From positions 185,663-249,662 of the forward strand of contig CAZEQZ010000002.1 of NCBI GenBank assembly GCA_964514595.1: DNA of 64,000 nucleotides, given 5' to 3'. The position numbers and the translations under genes were made by a program. The DNA comes from an uncultured Candidatus Saccharibacteria bacterium. Its GTDB lineage: Bacteria > Patescibacteriota > Dojkabacteria > SC72. Of this stretch, positions 48,537 to 57,860 are shown one piece after another; positions within the stretch are counted from its first letter, which is position 1, and every line of letters starts with the position of its first letter. Under the pieces are notes generated by a model. It worked only from the letters and a program-made list of their open reading frames with translations, did no database searches and was not told where the DNA came from.

Positions 48537-50096
48537 CTATTTAATAACCTTATAACAATGTATTTCGTCACCCTCTTTGACATCTATCTGATCTATTAAT
48601 TGAATTCCACAATCAAATCCAGTTTTCACCTCATTAACAGTATCTTTATTTATCCTCAAAGTCTTTATTTTTGATTCCCCAATTATCTCATCATCTCTTA
48701 CTATATCAACCTTACAATCCTTCTTAAGGTAGCCCTTGCTTACTCTACAACCCACTATCGTAGTACCATCGGACAGAGTAAATAGTGCCTTCACCTTTGC
48801 ACTTCCTATCTCCTCTTCCTTGCTTGTTGGCAATGACATCAATGATACGGCTTCCTGAACTTCTTCTATCAACTTATATATGATTTCATATGTTTTAACC
48901 AATATTCTTTTCTTTTTAGAATAGTCCATAACACCAGATTCTATTCCCACCTCAAATCCTAAAAGTATTGCTTTAGAAAGTTCTGCTAACTCCGCATCAC
49001 CCAAACTAATATTACCTACACCTGCGTTAACTATCTTAACCTTATATCCATCTTCCTCTATTTTACTCAGTGAATTAACTATAGCTTCTAAAGAACCTTC
49101 AGAAGAGCTTTTCACTACAACATTTAGGAAATCTCCTAAGTCTTCTTCACTCAAGGTGAAAAACTCTTCTAAAGTTACATCCTCTTCCTCGTCTTCTTTT
49201 TTTTCTTCTTTGTACATAGATCTTAATTTTGCTTCGTCCTTTTTTTCTAGAATATATATCTGGGTACCAAGCTCTAAGAGATTTGACACTCCAATAATCT
49301 TCCCTCCACAACCGCAATCAAGCATGCATAGATTTTCTCCTTCCTCTGTTATTATCCCCTTTACCTTCTCTAGAACAAATTCGCCATCTAATTTGTATCC
49401 TAACCAATTTCCTTGACACACCTCTCCCTGGATTAATGCTATTGAGGACATATTGCCTTTAAATTTATCCTTTACCGATTCCAACACGAATGCCTTCCCT
49501 AATATCCCAGAAGGAAGTTCATCAGACTCTCTTACTCCCTCTACTTCTGCAACGAGAAGTATTAAATCCAAAAGTTCTGGAATACCTTTTCCTGTTTTAC
49601 CAGAAACCTCGATCACAGGTACGCTTCCTCCATACCCTTCTAACTGAAGACCGTTATTAACTATATCTCTTTTTACCTTATCTAAAGATATATCTGGAAG
49701 ATCTGTTTTATTTATCACAGCAATTGGTTTGGCATCAGAATTGTTAATTATCTCTATTGATTCTTTTGTTTGAGGTTTAACACCATCATCAGCAGCTACT
49801 ACTAAAAGTACAATATCCGCAATACTACCTCCTCTAGATCTCATTAAATCAAATGCTTCATGGCCAGGAGTATCAACAAAAGTTACTCTCTCTCCATTAG
49901 GAATCTGTACTGTGAATACTGATACTTTCTGCGTTATACCACCTGCTTCACAACCCTGAACGTTGCTTTCTCTAATTTTATCTAGTATGGTGGTCTTTCC
50001 GTGATCTACATGTCCTAAGATAGTTACAATAGGGGGTCTAGCACAACCTTGTGTGCTTTTAGAGTCCTTGTTTGTAACCTTCTTTGCCTTAGGCAT
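48537..50096 (-). CDS. infB: Translation initiation factor IF-2, short form (519 aa, no long N-terminal region)
   Basis: G-domain GHVDHGKTTILD, DTPGHEAF and NKTD motifs, then beta-barrel domains. Confidence 0.9.
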   Translation of the reverse strand: MPKAKKVTNKDSKSTQGCARPPIVTILGHVDHGKTTILDKIRESNVQGCEAGGITQKVSVFTVQIPNGERVTFVDTPGHEAFDLMRSRGGSIADIVLLVVAADDGVKPQTKESIEIINNSDAKPIAVINKTDLPDISLDKVKRDIVNNGLQLEGYGGSVPVIEVSGKTGKGIPELLDLILLVAEVEGVRESDELPSGILGKAFVLESVKDKFKGNMSSIALIQGEVCQGNWLGYKLDGEFVLEKVKGIITEEGENLCMLDCGCGGKIIGVSNLLELGTQIYILEKKDEAKLRSMYKEEKKEDEEEDVTLEEFFTLSEEDLGDFLNVVVKSSSEGSLEAIVNSLSKIEEDGYKVKIVNAGVGNISLGDAELAELSKAILLGFEVGIESGVMDYSKKKRILVKTYEIIYKLIEEVQEAVSLMSLPTSKEEEIGSAKVKALFTLSDGTTIVGCRVSKGYLKKDCKVDIVRDDEIIGESKIKTLRINKDTVNEVKTGFDCGIQLIDQIDVKEGDEIHCYKVIK

Positions 50097-50117
50097 TGTA
50101 GTATATTAATTATTAAA

Positions 50118-51305
50118 TTATTCCTCTTTCTCATCACTTTCTTCTGATGGTTCTTCTGTTTTAATATTTTCCTCCTCTATACTCTTTTCAGCAACATCTT
50201 CTTTCTCCTCAGTTTGCTTTTCAGTTGCTTTTTCCTCCATATCTTCTTTCGTAACGACCTCACCTCCCGATCCAACTATGTCTATCTTAAAACCTGTCAA
50301 TTTCCAAGCTAATCTAACATTCTGTCCGTCTCTTCCTATTGCCAAAGATAGTTGGTCATCTGCCACAGTTACTGTTGCAGTGTCATCTTCTATTTTAACC
50401 TCATCTATTTTAGCTGGGCTTAGTGCATTGGCAACAAATTGCTCTGGCTCCTCGTCCCACTCTATTATATCAATCTTTTCTTCTCCTAGCTCGTTCATTA
50501 CATTTGCGATACGAATACCTCTCTGTCCGACACACGAACCTATTGGATCAACACCATCTTGCGTGGAGTTCACCGCCATTTTACTTCTAGATCCTGCCTC
50601 CCTTGCAATTGCTTTGACTTCTAAAACTCCAGATTCTATTTCAGGAACTTCCAACTTAAAGAGCTCTATTAAGAAATTAGGATCTGCTCTAGATACCATC
50701 ATCTGAGAATCTACTATATCTTTCAAAAGTACTTTGTACCTATCCCCCAATCTGTAGAATTCGTTTGGTATCTGCTCCTCTACAGGCATATATGCAGTAG
50801 CTTTTCCTATTTCAAATATAACCTGTCCTTTCTGCATCCTTTGCATAAGAGCTGTAAAGACCTCCCCAACCTTGTCACTATACTCACTTATTACTGCATC
50901 TTTTTCAGATTCTCTTATTTTCTGAAGAATTACCTGCTTTGCCGTTTGTGCTGCTATTCTACCGAAATCCTCTGTGGGCATCTCTATCTGAATTGAATCT
51001 CCAACCTCAACGCTTGGGGATATTAGCTCAGCTTCTGATACAGATATTTCCATATCATGATCTTTTACTTTTTTTACAACTTCTTTTGTAGCTATTAGTT
51101 TGTAATCTCCTGTTTCTCTATCCATTTCTACTGAAAGGTTGCTACCCTGCTCATCTTCCTCATCTCTATCTATATTTGTATATTTTTCCTTCTTATATGC
51201 CACTAATATAGCCGACTCAAGAGCTTGGAATATTTCCTCCTTCTCTATACCTCTTTCTGCAGCTATTTGATTAATAGCGGCAACAAATTCTGATATCATT
51301 GCCAT
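50118..51305 (-). CDS. nusA: Transcription termination/antitermination factor NusA with acidic C-terminal tail
   Basis: N-terminal domain, S1 domain and two KH domains (GSCVGQRGIRI, GRDGQNVRLA). Confidence 0.9.
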   Translation of the reverse strand: MAMISEFVAAINQIAAERGIEKEEIFQALESAILVAYKKEKYTNIDRDEEDEQGSNLSVEMDRETGDYKLIATKEVVKKVKDHDMEISVSEAELISPSVEVGDSIQIEMPTEDFGRIAAQTAKQVILQKIRESEKDAVISEYSDKVGEVFTALMQRMQKGQVIFEIGKATAYMPVEEQIPNEFYRLGDRYKVLLKDIVDSQMMVSRADPNFLIELFKLEVPEIESGVLEVKAIAREAGSRSKMAVNSTQDGVDPIGSCVGQRGIRIANVMNELGEEKIDIIEWDEEPEQFVANALSPAKIDEVKIEDDTATVTVADDQLSLAIGRDGQNVRLAWKLTGFKIDIVGSGGEVVTKEDMEEKATEKQTEEKEDVAEKSIEEENIKTEEPSEESDEKEE

Positions 51306-51337
51306 TTTAGTTTGTTAATCAATTTAAATTTATACCT

Positions 51338-51368
51338 AAAAAAAAAGGTGAGAATATTTATCCTCACC
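51338..51368 (-). terminator. Rho-independent terminator (GGTGAG-N10-CTCACC followed by T9 on the minus strand) downstream of the dockerin-like gene, upstream of nusA
   Basis: A 6-bp GC-rich stem plus a 9-nt U tract seen directly in the sequence. Confidence 0.65.
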
Positions 51369-51440
51369 CTCCTCTTTGTATAACTTTCAATTAAGAGTAT
51401 AGCATAACGAAAAAGGAAAGCCAACAAATTTGAAATTATT

Positions 51441-52424
51441 TCAATTCAAATTAATAATTGTTGTCCTTTGAATCAAACGTGTACTCTCAGGATCAAATTC
51501 TCGGTGTATTCCCAAAATTATATTCGAAGAACCACTACTAGCTATTGCTTTAAAATAATAAGTTACAGTAGTTGTATTTCCACCGACCAAACCATTTCCT
51601 ACACTAGAGACATCTCTACCTATTAATTCCATCAGATTTGGATTGTATTGCGGATCAAAATCTGTGTAACCTGTTGTTACATTATACTCAACCGTGAATT
51701 TAACTATTTCTCCTTCCTTCATAGAAATACTCTTATTATCGCTTTCGTCACCATTTATTATCTCAGACTCCGATCTTTGTACATAAAAAATAAAATCGTA
51801 ATTTTTCCCTACATTTACTACCCCCTCTTTCTCAAAATCTTTAATCACTTGGGCACAAACAGTATCTGCAGAGGGAGAAGTAATCAATAATGTAACATTA
51901 ATAATTTTACTCTCCAAATCCTTCTTCGTTGATACCGTTGCCCCGTAACAAGGATTGGGTAAGGTTCCAGTTACAACGTATTTCCATCTACTATCTCCTT
52001 TGTATGTAGCAATTAATTTGAATCCCTCAACAGACCTATTTAGTCCAATATTCTCGGAAATCTCTTCCTTCGTAGGGATATTCCCCGCCTTGTACTCTCT
52101 CCACAACCTTAACCAAAGAGAAAAATCCATCAGTGTTATATTATTATCCGAATCTAAATCTCCTACCAAATTAATTTGGTTTTGTTTATTTTTAAATTTT
52201 CTAAAATTATCCAACCATATGCTAAAGTCTTTTAATGAAATAGAGTTATCATCATCTAAATCTGCTTGTTTAAATTTTTCTCCTAACTCAGCAATCTGTC
52301 CAGCACTACTTCTAGTGTCGAAAACCCCAGATCCCTCTAGAACATAGAATATTGTTAATGGAGTAATTAAGAAAAATCCTATTAGATAAAACAGTACTCT
52401 AACATTATTGTTTAACTTAAACAT
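51441..52424 (-). CDS. Membrane-anchored protein with two dockerin-type (EF-hand-like) repeats and C-terminal beta-rich domain
   Basis: N-terminal TM. The paired repeats DLDDDNSISLKDFSIWL and GDLDSDNNITLMDFSLWL match the D-x-D-x-D-x-x-I-x-x-x-D 12-residue calcium-loop pattern of dockerin repeats. Confidence 0.45.
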   Translation of the reverse strand: MFKLNNNVRVLFYLIGFFLITPLTIFYVLEGSGVFDTRSSAGQIAELGEKFKQADLDDDNSISLKDFSIWLDNFRKFKNKQNQINLVGDLDSDNNITLMDFSLWLRLWREYKAGNIPTKEEISENIGLNRSVEGFKLIATYKGDSRWKYVVTGTLPNPCYGATVSTKKDLESKIINVTLLITSPSADTVCAQVIKDFEKEGVVNVGKNYDFIFYVQRSESEIINGDESDNKSISMKEGEIVKFTVEYNVTTGYTDFDPQYNPNLMELIGRDVSSVGNGLVGGNTTTVTYYFKAIASSGSSNIILGIHREFDPESTRLIQRTTIINLN

Positions 52425-52486
52425 AATTTTATTTCCCCAATATATATTATATTAGTCTATGAAATCCTTTTAGAAAAAACAATATG

Positions 52487-53584
52487 TCAATATTCTTTTG
52501 AAAGCTTGTCCCATAATTCCTTTTCTCTCCTGTTTAACCTTGTTGGTATATCGACATTTATCCTAACATACTGATCTCCCCTTTCTCCCTCTCTATTAAA
52601 TACAGGACATCCCTTGTTTTTAAGTTTAAATATTGTCCCAGACTGTGTACCTTTAGGAATTTTTAATTTAACATCCCCTGTTATTGTTTCCACAGATATC
52701 GTTCCTCCTAAAACTGCAACGGGTACCGGGATATTTTCTTCTGAATAAATATCATTACCCCTCCTATCAAACTTCTCTGATGCTTCAACTTCTATTTCAA
52801 TATATAGATCTCCCACTGTACCTTGATTCCTTCCTGTATTCCCCCCACCTCTAAACCTAAGAACCATACCATCGTATGCACCTGCAGGGATTTTAATGGT
52901 TAATGTTTCTTCCTTACTTTTTACTCCTGTACCTTTACACTCCTTACACGGATTTTCTATAACCTTGCCTGTACCTTGACAATTGGAACATGTTGACATC
53001 ACTGCCATCTGCCCAAGAATTGTATTTCTAACCTGTCTCTGTTGACCTGTTCCATTACAGACAGGACATTCCTTTGTCTTACCATCATCACTACCAGTAC
53101 CTTCACATTTTTCACACCTATCTTCTCTCTTAATCTTTATCTTATACTCTCCCCCCTTCATTGCTTCATCAAAACTAACCCTAACCTTATACCTTATATC
53201 TGAGCCAACATCTTCCCTAGGACCTCTACCCTGTGTACCAAAATCAAAACCAAATCCACTGCCAAAATTACCTCCTCCAAAGAAGGTATTGAAGATATCA
53301 CCCATATCAAACGGAGTACCTTGAAAATCGTATCCATTTCCCGCAGTTCCGGGATTAAATCCTGCTGTACCAGCATGACCGTACTGATCGTATGCCTTTC
53401 TCTTTCCTTCATCCGAGAGAGTTTCGTATGCCTCCTGTATTTCTTTAAATTTCTCTTCTGCATCCGATTCCTTATTTACATCAGGATGATATTTTTTAAC
53501 AAGCTTTCTGTATGCTTTTTTAAGCTGATCACCGCTTGCATCTTTTTTAACACCTAATACTTCATAGTAGTCTCGTTTTTCCAT
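52487..53584 (-). CDS. dnaJ: Chaperone DnaJ (J domain, Gly/Phe region, four CxxCxGxG zinc-finger repeats, C-terminal domains)
   Basis: DYYEVLGV...HPD J-domain; [32 protein letters not shown]. Confidence 0.92.
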   Translation of the reverse strand: MEKRDYYEVLGVKKDASGDQLKKAYRKLVKKYHPDVNKESDAEEKFKEIQEAYETLSDEGKRKAYDQYGHAGTAGFNPGTAGNGYDFQGTPFDMGDIFNTFFGGGNFGSGFGFDFGTQGRGPREDVGSDIRYKVRVSFDEAMKGGEYKIKIKREDRCEKCEGTGSDDGKTKECPVCNGTGQQRQVRNTILGQMAVMSTCSNCQGTGKVIENPCKECKGTGVKSKEETLTIKIPAGAYDGMVLRFRGGGNTGRNQGTVGDLYIEIEVEASEKFDRRGNDIYSEENIPVPVAVLGGTISVETITGDVKLKIPKGTQSGTIFKLKNKGCPVFNREGERGDQYVRINVDIPTRLNRREKELWDKLSKEY

Positions 53585-53663
53585 AACAGAATGATTTTAG
53601 CAAAGTATGTATATATTTGCTACCCATTTTATCTACAATCTTAAATCTGCTAATATCTATACT

Positions 53664-54458
53664 ATGGAAAATAGTTGGAACGTACAAACACATAGTGAAA
53701 ACAAAGTACGAAGAATACGCATATGGATATCTGCTGTATTGGCACTGTCTGGTTTAGTTATAGTTTCCAGCCAGGTTATACCTTTGACAAAATCATACGT
53801 GGAGGGAGTGGTGGAACAAAGGAGAGTTGACATAAAGGTGGATCCTGTACCAGAGTCGTATAAAAAATATATAGAAGAAGAGTTCGCATATTATGATCCT
53901 GGGAAGAGCTACTTTGCAAATCTTTCCCAGCAGTTGGGGAATTTAGACATTACAGGACAATACTCATATAACCCAGATACCAAGACACAAAGAGAAGTTC
54001 TAATAGACAGAGAGTACAAGACGGATATGTCCGTCACTATTGAGAGTGTAGGGATTAAAAATATTAAAATATCATCGAACGTGGAGAGTTCTAATGAATC
54101 TGTATACAATCAATATCTTAAAAATGGTGTTGCCCACTTTAAAGGTACACCTCTTCCGGGAGATGGAGGAAATTCGTTCATATATGGGCATAGCGCTGTT
54201 GAATCATTTTTTAGTAGACATAGGGATTTGCCTGAAACAATATTTTCTAGACTGAATGATATAGATATTGGACAAAAGGTTGTTGTAAATAGAGAGGATA
54301 AAGTATTAGAATATATCGTAAGGAACAAGAAGATTGTAGATCCTGATGATTTTACAATCCTACAACCTTTACACAACAAAGAAACAGTAACATTAATGAC
54401 TTGTTGGCCTTTGGGTATAGGAACTAAGAGATTAATAGTAGTTGCTGAAAGGAGATAA
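53664..54458 (+). CDS. Sortase (cysteine transpeptidase); the ORF is open from 53607, but the second Met at 53664 is the more plausible start
   Basis: N-terminal TM anchor. Catalytic His in NSFIYGHSAV. TLxTC motif VTLMTCWP. Conserved Arg nine residues later (TKRLIVVAE). Confidence 0.7.
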   Translation: MENSWNVQTHSENKVRRIRIWISAVLALSGLVIVSSQVIPLTKSYVEGVVEQRRVDIKVDPVPESYKKYIEEEFAYYDPGKSYFANLSQQLGNLDITGQYSYNPDTKTQREVLIDREYKTDMSVTIESVGIKNIKISSNVESSNESVYNQYLKNGVAHFKGTPLPGDGGNSFIYGHSAVESFFSRHRDLPETIFSRLNDIDIGQKVVVNREDKVLEYIVRNKKIVDPDDFTILQPLHNKETVTLMTCWPLGIGTKRLIVVAERR

Positions 54459-54475
54459 CTTTTTAAAACTAGAAC

Positions 54476-55816
54476 ATGGACGATAAACAGAGGAAGACAT
54501 TGATAATTGTGGGAGTTGTTCTATTAATTCTAATGATATCGACTGCAATATTACTTCTGGTAAATAGGAATAAAGGAGGTAATGACCAAGAGCAAATATT
54601 TTCGGGCGAAACGATTGAGTTAACATATTGGGGATTATGGGAACCCTCTTCTGTTATGCAACCAATCATAGATGAGTTTGAAGATAAATATCCAAATATT
54701 AAAATATTGTACTCTCAACAAACTTTCACTAACTATGAATCCAGATTGTATACAAGATTGGAGCAAGCTACAGGATCAGCAGAACCTGCGCCTGACATAT
54801 TTAGAATTCATAATACATGGACACCGAAATACTATTCCTATCTTTCTCCGCTACCATCTTCAGTTATGAATCCACAGGAATATGGTGAGCTATTCTATCC
54901 CACAGCCATAGAAGATTTTTCGGCTAAAGATGGGAATATATATGCCATACCGTGGGAGATAGACGGGTTAATGGTTTACTACAATAAACAGCTTCTATCA
55001 GAGATAGGTACAGACAAACCACCTGAGGATTGGGATTCGTTCTTTGAGTTAGCCCAAAGATTGACCAAAAAGGATGCTAGCGGAAGAATTACTCAATCAG
55101 GTTTGGCAATAGGAACATCGAGAAATATTAGACACTCTGCTGAAATCCTTTCCTTCTTGCTTCTACAAGAGGAGGTCAATGTGATTGACCAAACACGAAC
55201 CAGAGTTACACTGGACACTCCTAAAGTTCAGAAGGTATTTGAAACATATACGAATTTCGCGAGAGGAGATACTGCTATATGGTCCTCCACCTTAAGAACT
55301 GATCTGGAGATGTTCTTTAGTGGTGATCTGGCCATGATGATTGGGCCTAGCTGGAGAGCTTTTGACATTATTGAAGCAGCTCCAACTATTGAGTTTGATA
55401 CTGCCCCACTACCACAGTTGGAAGCTAATCAAGAAAAAATATTCTTTGCCACATACTGGGGAGATGCGGTGAGCAGAACTGCATCTAATCCTGAAGCTGC
55501 GTGGATGTTTATAAAATTCTTGGCAGAAAAAGAGCAACAAATGAAACTGTACTCAAACGCTTCAAAAATCAGAGCATTTGGGGAACCATACTCCTTAGTT
55601 GGACTAAATGAGCAGATGTTAGGAAAACCATACGTCTCAGCAATCGCAGAAATGGCACCGTATATGAGATCGTGGCAAAAGGGTGATGAAATGAGTGTAA
55701 ACACAGCTATTGATGAGGCTATAACAGATATCATTGAAAATGGACAAGATATTAGTACTGCTCTCAAGAAAGCTCAAGAAGCAATTAATGCTAAAATAGA
55801 GGTGACAAATAAATAA
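54476..55816 (+). CDS. Extracellular solute-binding protein, ABC-transporter SBP family 1 (sugar/oligosaccharide type), N-terminally membrane-anchored
   Basis: N-terminal TM. The pattern LTYWGLWEP...PDIF..HNTW...NIYAIPWEIDGLMVYYNKQLL is typical of family-1 SBPs. Confidence 0.7.
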   Translation: MDDKQRKTLIIVGVVLLILMISTAILLLVNRNKGGNDQEQIFSGETIELTYWGLWEPSSVMQPIIDEFEDKYPNIKILYSQQTFTNYESRLYTRLEQATGSAEPAPDIFRIHNTWTPKYYSYLSPLPSSVMNPQEYGELFYPTAIEDFSAKDGNIYAIPWEIDGLMVYYNKQLLSEIGTDKPPEDWDSFFELAQRLTKKDASGRITQSGLAIGTSRNIRHSAEILSFLLLQEEVNVIDQTRTRVTLDTPKVQKVFETYTNFARGDTAIWSSTLRTDLEMFFSGDLAMMIGPSWRAFDIIEAAPTIEFDTAPLPQLEANQEKIFFATYWGDAVSRTASNPEAAWMFIKFLAEKEQQMKLYSNASKIRAFGEPYSLVGLNEQMLGKPYVSAIAEMAPYMRSWQKGDEMSVNTAIDEAITDIIENGQDISTALKKAQEAINAKIEVTNK

Positions 55817-55832
55817 TTAATTAATATAGTAA

Positions 55833-57860
55833 ATGCCCAGAAGAAGTGCCCCAAAACAATACGCCCAAAGATCAGTTATATATCTGACATTTTTTCTCTT
55901 GCTATCTATTCCTGTAGTACTATATGGATTGGCACAAGAGAATCTGGATACCAGAAGACGAGCTTTTGAAGATCTGGAGCTCAGTGAAGAACACCCATGT
56001 TTAATATCACTTCCCAATGTTAACCCATACTCTTTGCAAGTTGGGAGAACAGTTACTATACAGGTAGATGCACTACTCAAGGATGACTACATAGATGAAT
56101 TAGAAATATCTGACTCATCTGGCGACATAATCTATCAAGAAACATTCGAAGGTGCTCCTCTAGAAATAGCTACTAGTTTTCCATTTACACCAAAAGAGTC
56201 GGGAGAGGTAGATATGCTAGGTATTATAAAAAAGGGACAGGGAGGTCGCGTAGAATGTGAAATAAGTAGCCCATACGACATAAAGGGCCTTAGAGCAATA
56301 ACTAATAACAGCTCTCCTGAGTTCACATCCAATCCATCACAATCAGAACCTTCTCAAAATATTGTAACGGGGGATCAGTATGAATATACTGTAACTGCTA
56401 CAGATGCAGATGGTGATAGAATAAACTACAGCTACTCTTTCACGCCCAGGGCTGATTGGTTAAAACCTGTGATCATAGAAGATGGTTCTAATGGGAAATT
56501 AACTATAAAGTTCAGAGGATCTTCGAATAAAGCTGCTAGCTACCTAGCTAACATTTTCATACATGATGGATATAGCAAACATCTAAGATCTCAATCTTGG
56601 GTAATCAGTGTAAGTCCAAAAGAGAATGATATCCCTATTGTCAGAATCATAGACCCCATACAAAGTATTAGAATAGATAGAGGAACTTCGTTTAAAACAT
56701 CTTGGGAAGCTACAGATCTTAATCATATTATTAGATATGAACTATATATTACCAACAACCCCGCAAACGAGGAGTCCTGGAAAGCAATAGATACAGACAT
56801 TGATTATAATACAACTTCATATACTGTAGAGACCCAAGATATTACCCCAGGGACGTATAAAATAATAACCAAGGCAATAGATAATCAAAATCCTGCAGGT
56901 GTAGGTATGGGTGTTTCCTCTGAAATAGTGATAAGTGGAAGTACAGAACAAGAGGAGAAAGATGACGTTGTTACCTTGGAACAGCCTCAGGTCGTAAATA
57001 TGTCCCCTATCAGTACAGAAGAAATTACAAATAAAAGGGTCACTGTGAGAGCTACCATTATTGCCAGTAAAGACTCCACCGTTGATGAGAACAGTATTAA
57101 ATTCACCTTGGATGGAAATGATATAACAGACTCTATCAAGATAAATAGAATCACAAGTAGTGAGCTAACTCTAATATATCAACCGGAGGAAGATCTAGAG
57201 GAGGGAGTACATAAAGCAGAGGTTAGATTTTTGGATAGTAAAGGACTGAGTGTGTCAAAATCTTGGAACTTCACTATACAGGGAGACAGTAGTACTAAAG
57301 AAGATACGTATACAATATTTGGATATGAAATTGCTCAAAACATTGTACTCATAGTGGGAATAGGTGTAATAACAGTCATCCTAGCCTTAGTGGCACCATT
57401 TGTAATATTCACAATTTGGAAGGAGGATAAAGGAGAGAGCGATTTCTATGGACAGCCAAATAGCAAACTTCCTCCATCTACTCCTGTTGATAATACACCG
57501 TATATACTATCCGATGAGAACAACCGAATCAAAGAAAAGGTTGATACTAAGCCAACATCAGAGAAGAAAGAGGAAGATGTTTGGGATATGTATTCCGCTG
57601 CTAAACCAGTGGTAACAGAAGAACAAAAGAGTAAAGATTTGGAGGACCTACAACAGAAAGATTCCATGGAACCATCACCCACCCCACAAAACCAACCTGC
57701 GCTAGAACCAACCGTTAAAGCAGAGCAAGAAATTCCTGTTTCAGAACCTGTAATCCCTGAGCCGGAGATTCCTGACGCTCAGGATTTAGAAAAGATATTT
57801 CAACAAATACAACAGGCTAAGCAAGAAGAGAAACAACAACCTCCTGTAGTTAATGAATAG
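55833..57860 (+). CDS. Cell-surface protein with Ig/cadherin-like beta-sandwich repeats, C-terminal TM and P/E/Q-rich cytoplasmic tail of about 130 aa
   Basis: N-terminal TM. YEYTVTATDADGDRINYSYSF (cadherin-like/Big motif). TM IVLIVGIGVITVILALVAPFVIF. Tail rich in P, E, Q. Confidence 0.45.
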   Translation: MPRRSAPKQYAQRSVIYLTFFLLLSIPVVLYGLAQENLDTRRRAFEDLELSEEHPCLISLPNVNPYSLQVGRTVTIQVDALLKDDYIDELEISDSSGDIIYQETFEGAPLEIATSFPFTPKESGEVDMLGIIKKGQGGRVECEISSPYDIKGLRAITNNSSPEFTSNPSQSEPSQNIVTGDQYEYTVTATDADGDRINYSYSFTPRADWLKPVIIEDGSNGKLTIKFRGSSNKAASYLANIFIHDGYSKHLRSQSWVISVSPKENDIPIVRIIDPIQSIRIDRGTSFKTSWEATDLNHIIRYELYITNNPANEESWKAIDTDIDYNTTSYTVETQDITPGTYKIITKAIDNQNPAGVGMGVSSEIVISGSTEQEEKDDVVTLEQPQVVNMSPISTEEITNKRVTVRATIIASKDSTVDENSIKFTLDGNDITDSIKINRITSSELTLIYQPEEDLEEGVHKAEVRFLDSKGLSVSKSWNFTIQGDSSTKEDTYTIFGYEIAQNIVLIVGIGVITVILALVAPFVIFTIWKEDKGESDFYGQPNSKLPPSTPVDNTPYILSDENNRIKEKVDTKPTSEKKEEDVWDMYSAAKPVVTEEQKSKDLEDLQQKDSMEPSPTPQNQPALEPTVKAEQEIPVSEPVIPEPEIPDAQDLEKIFQQIQQAKQEEKQQPPVVNE

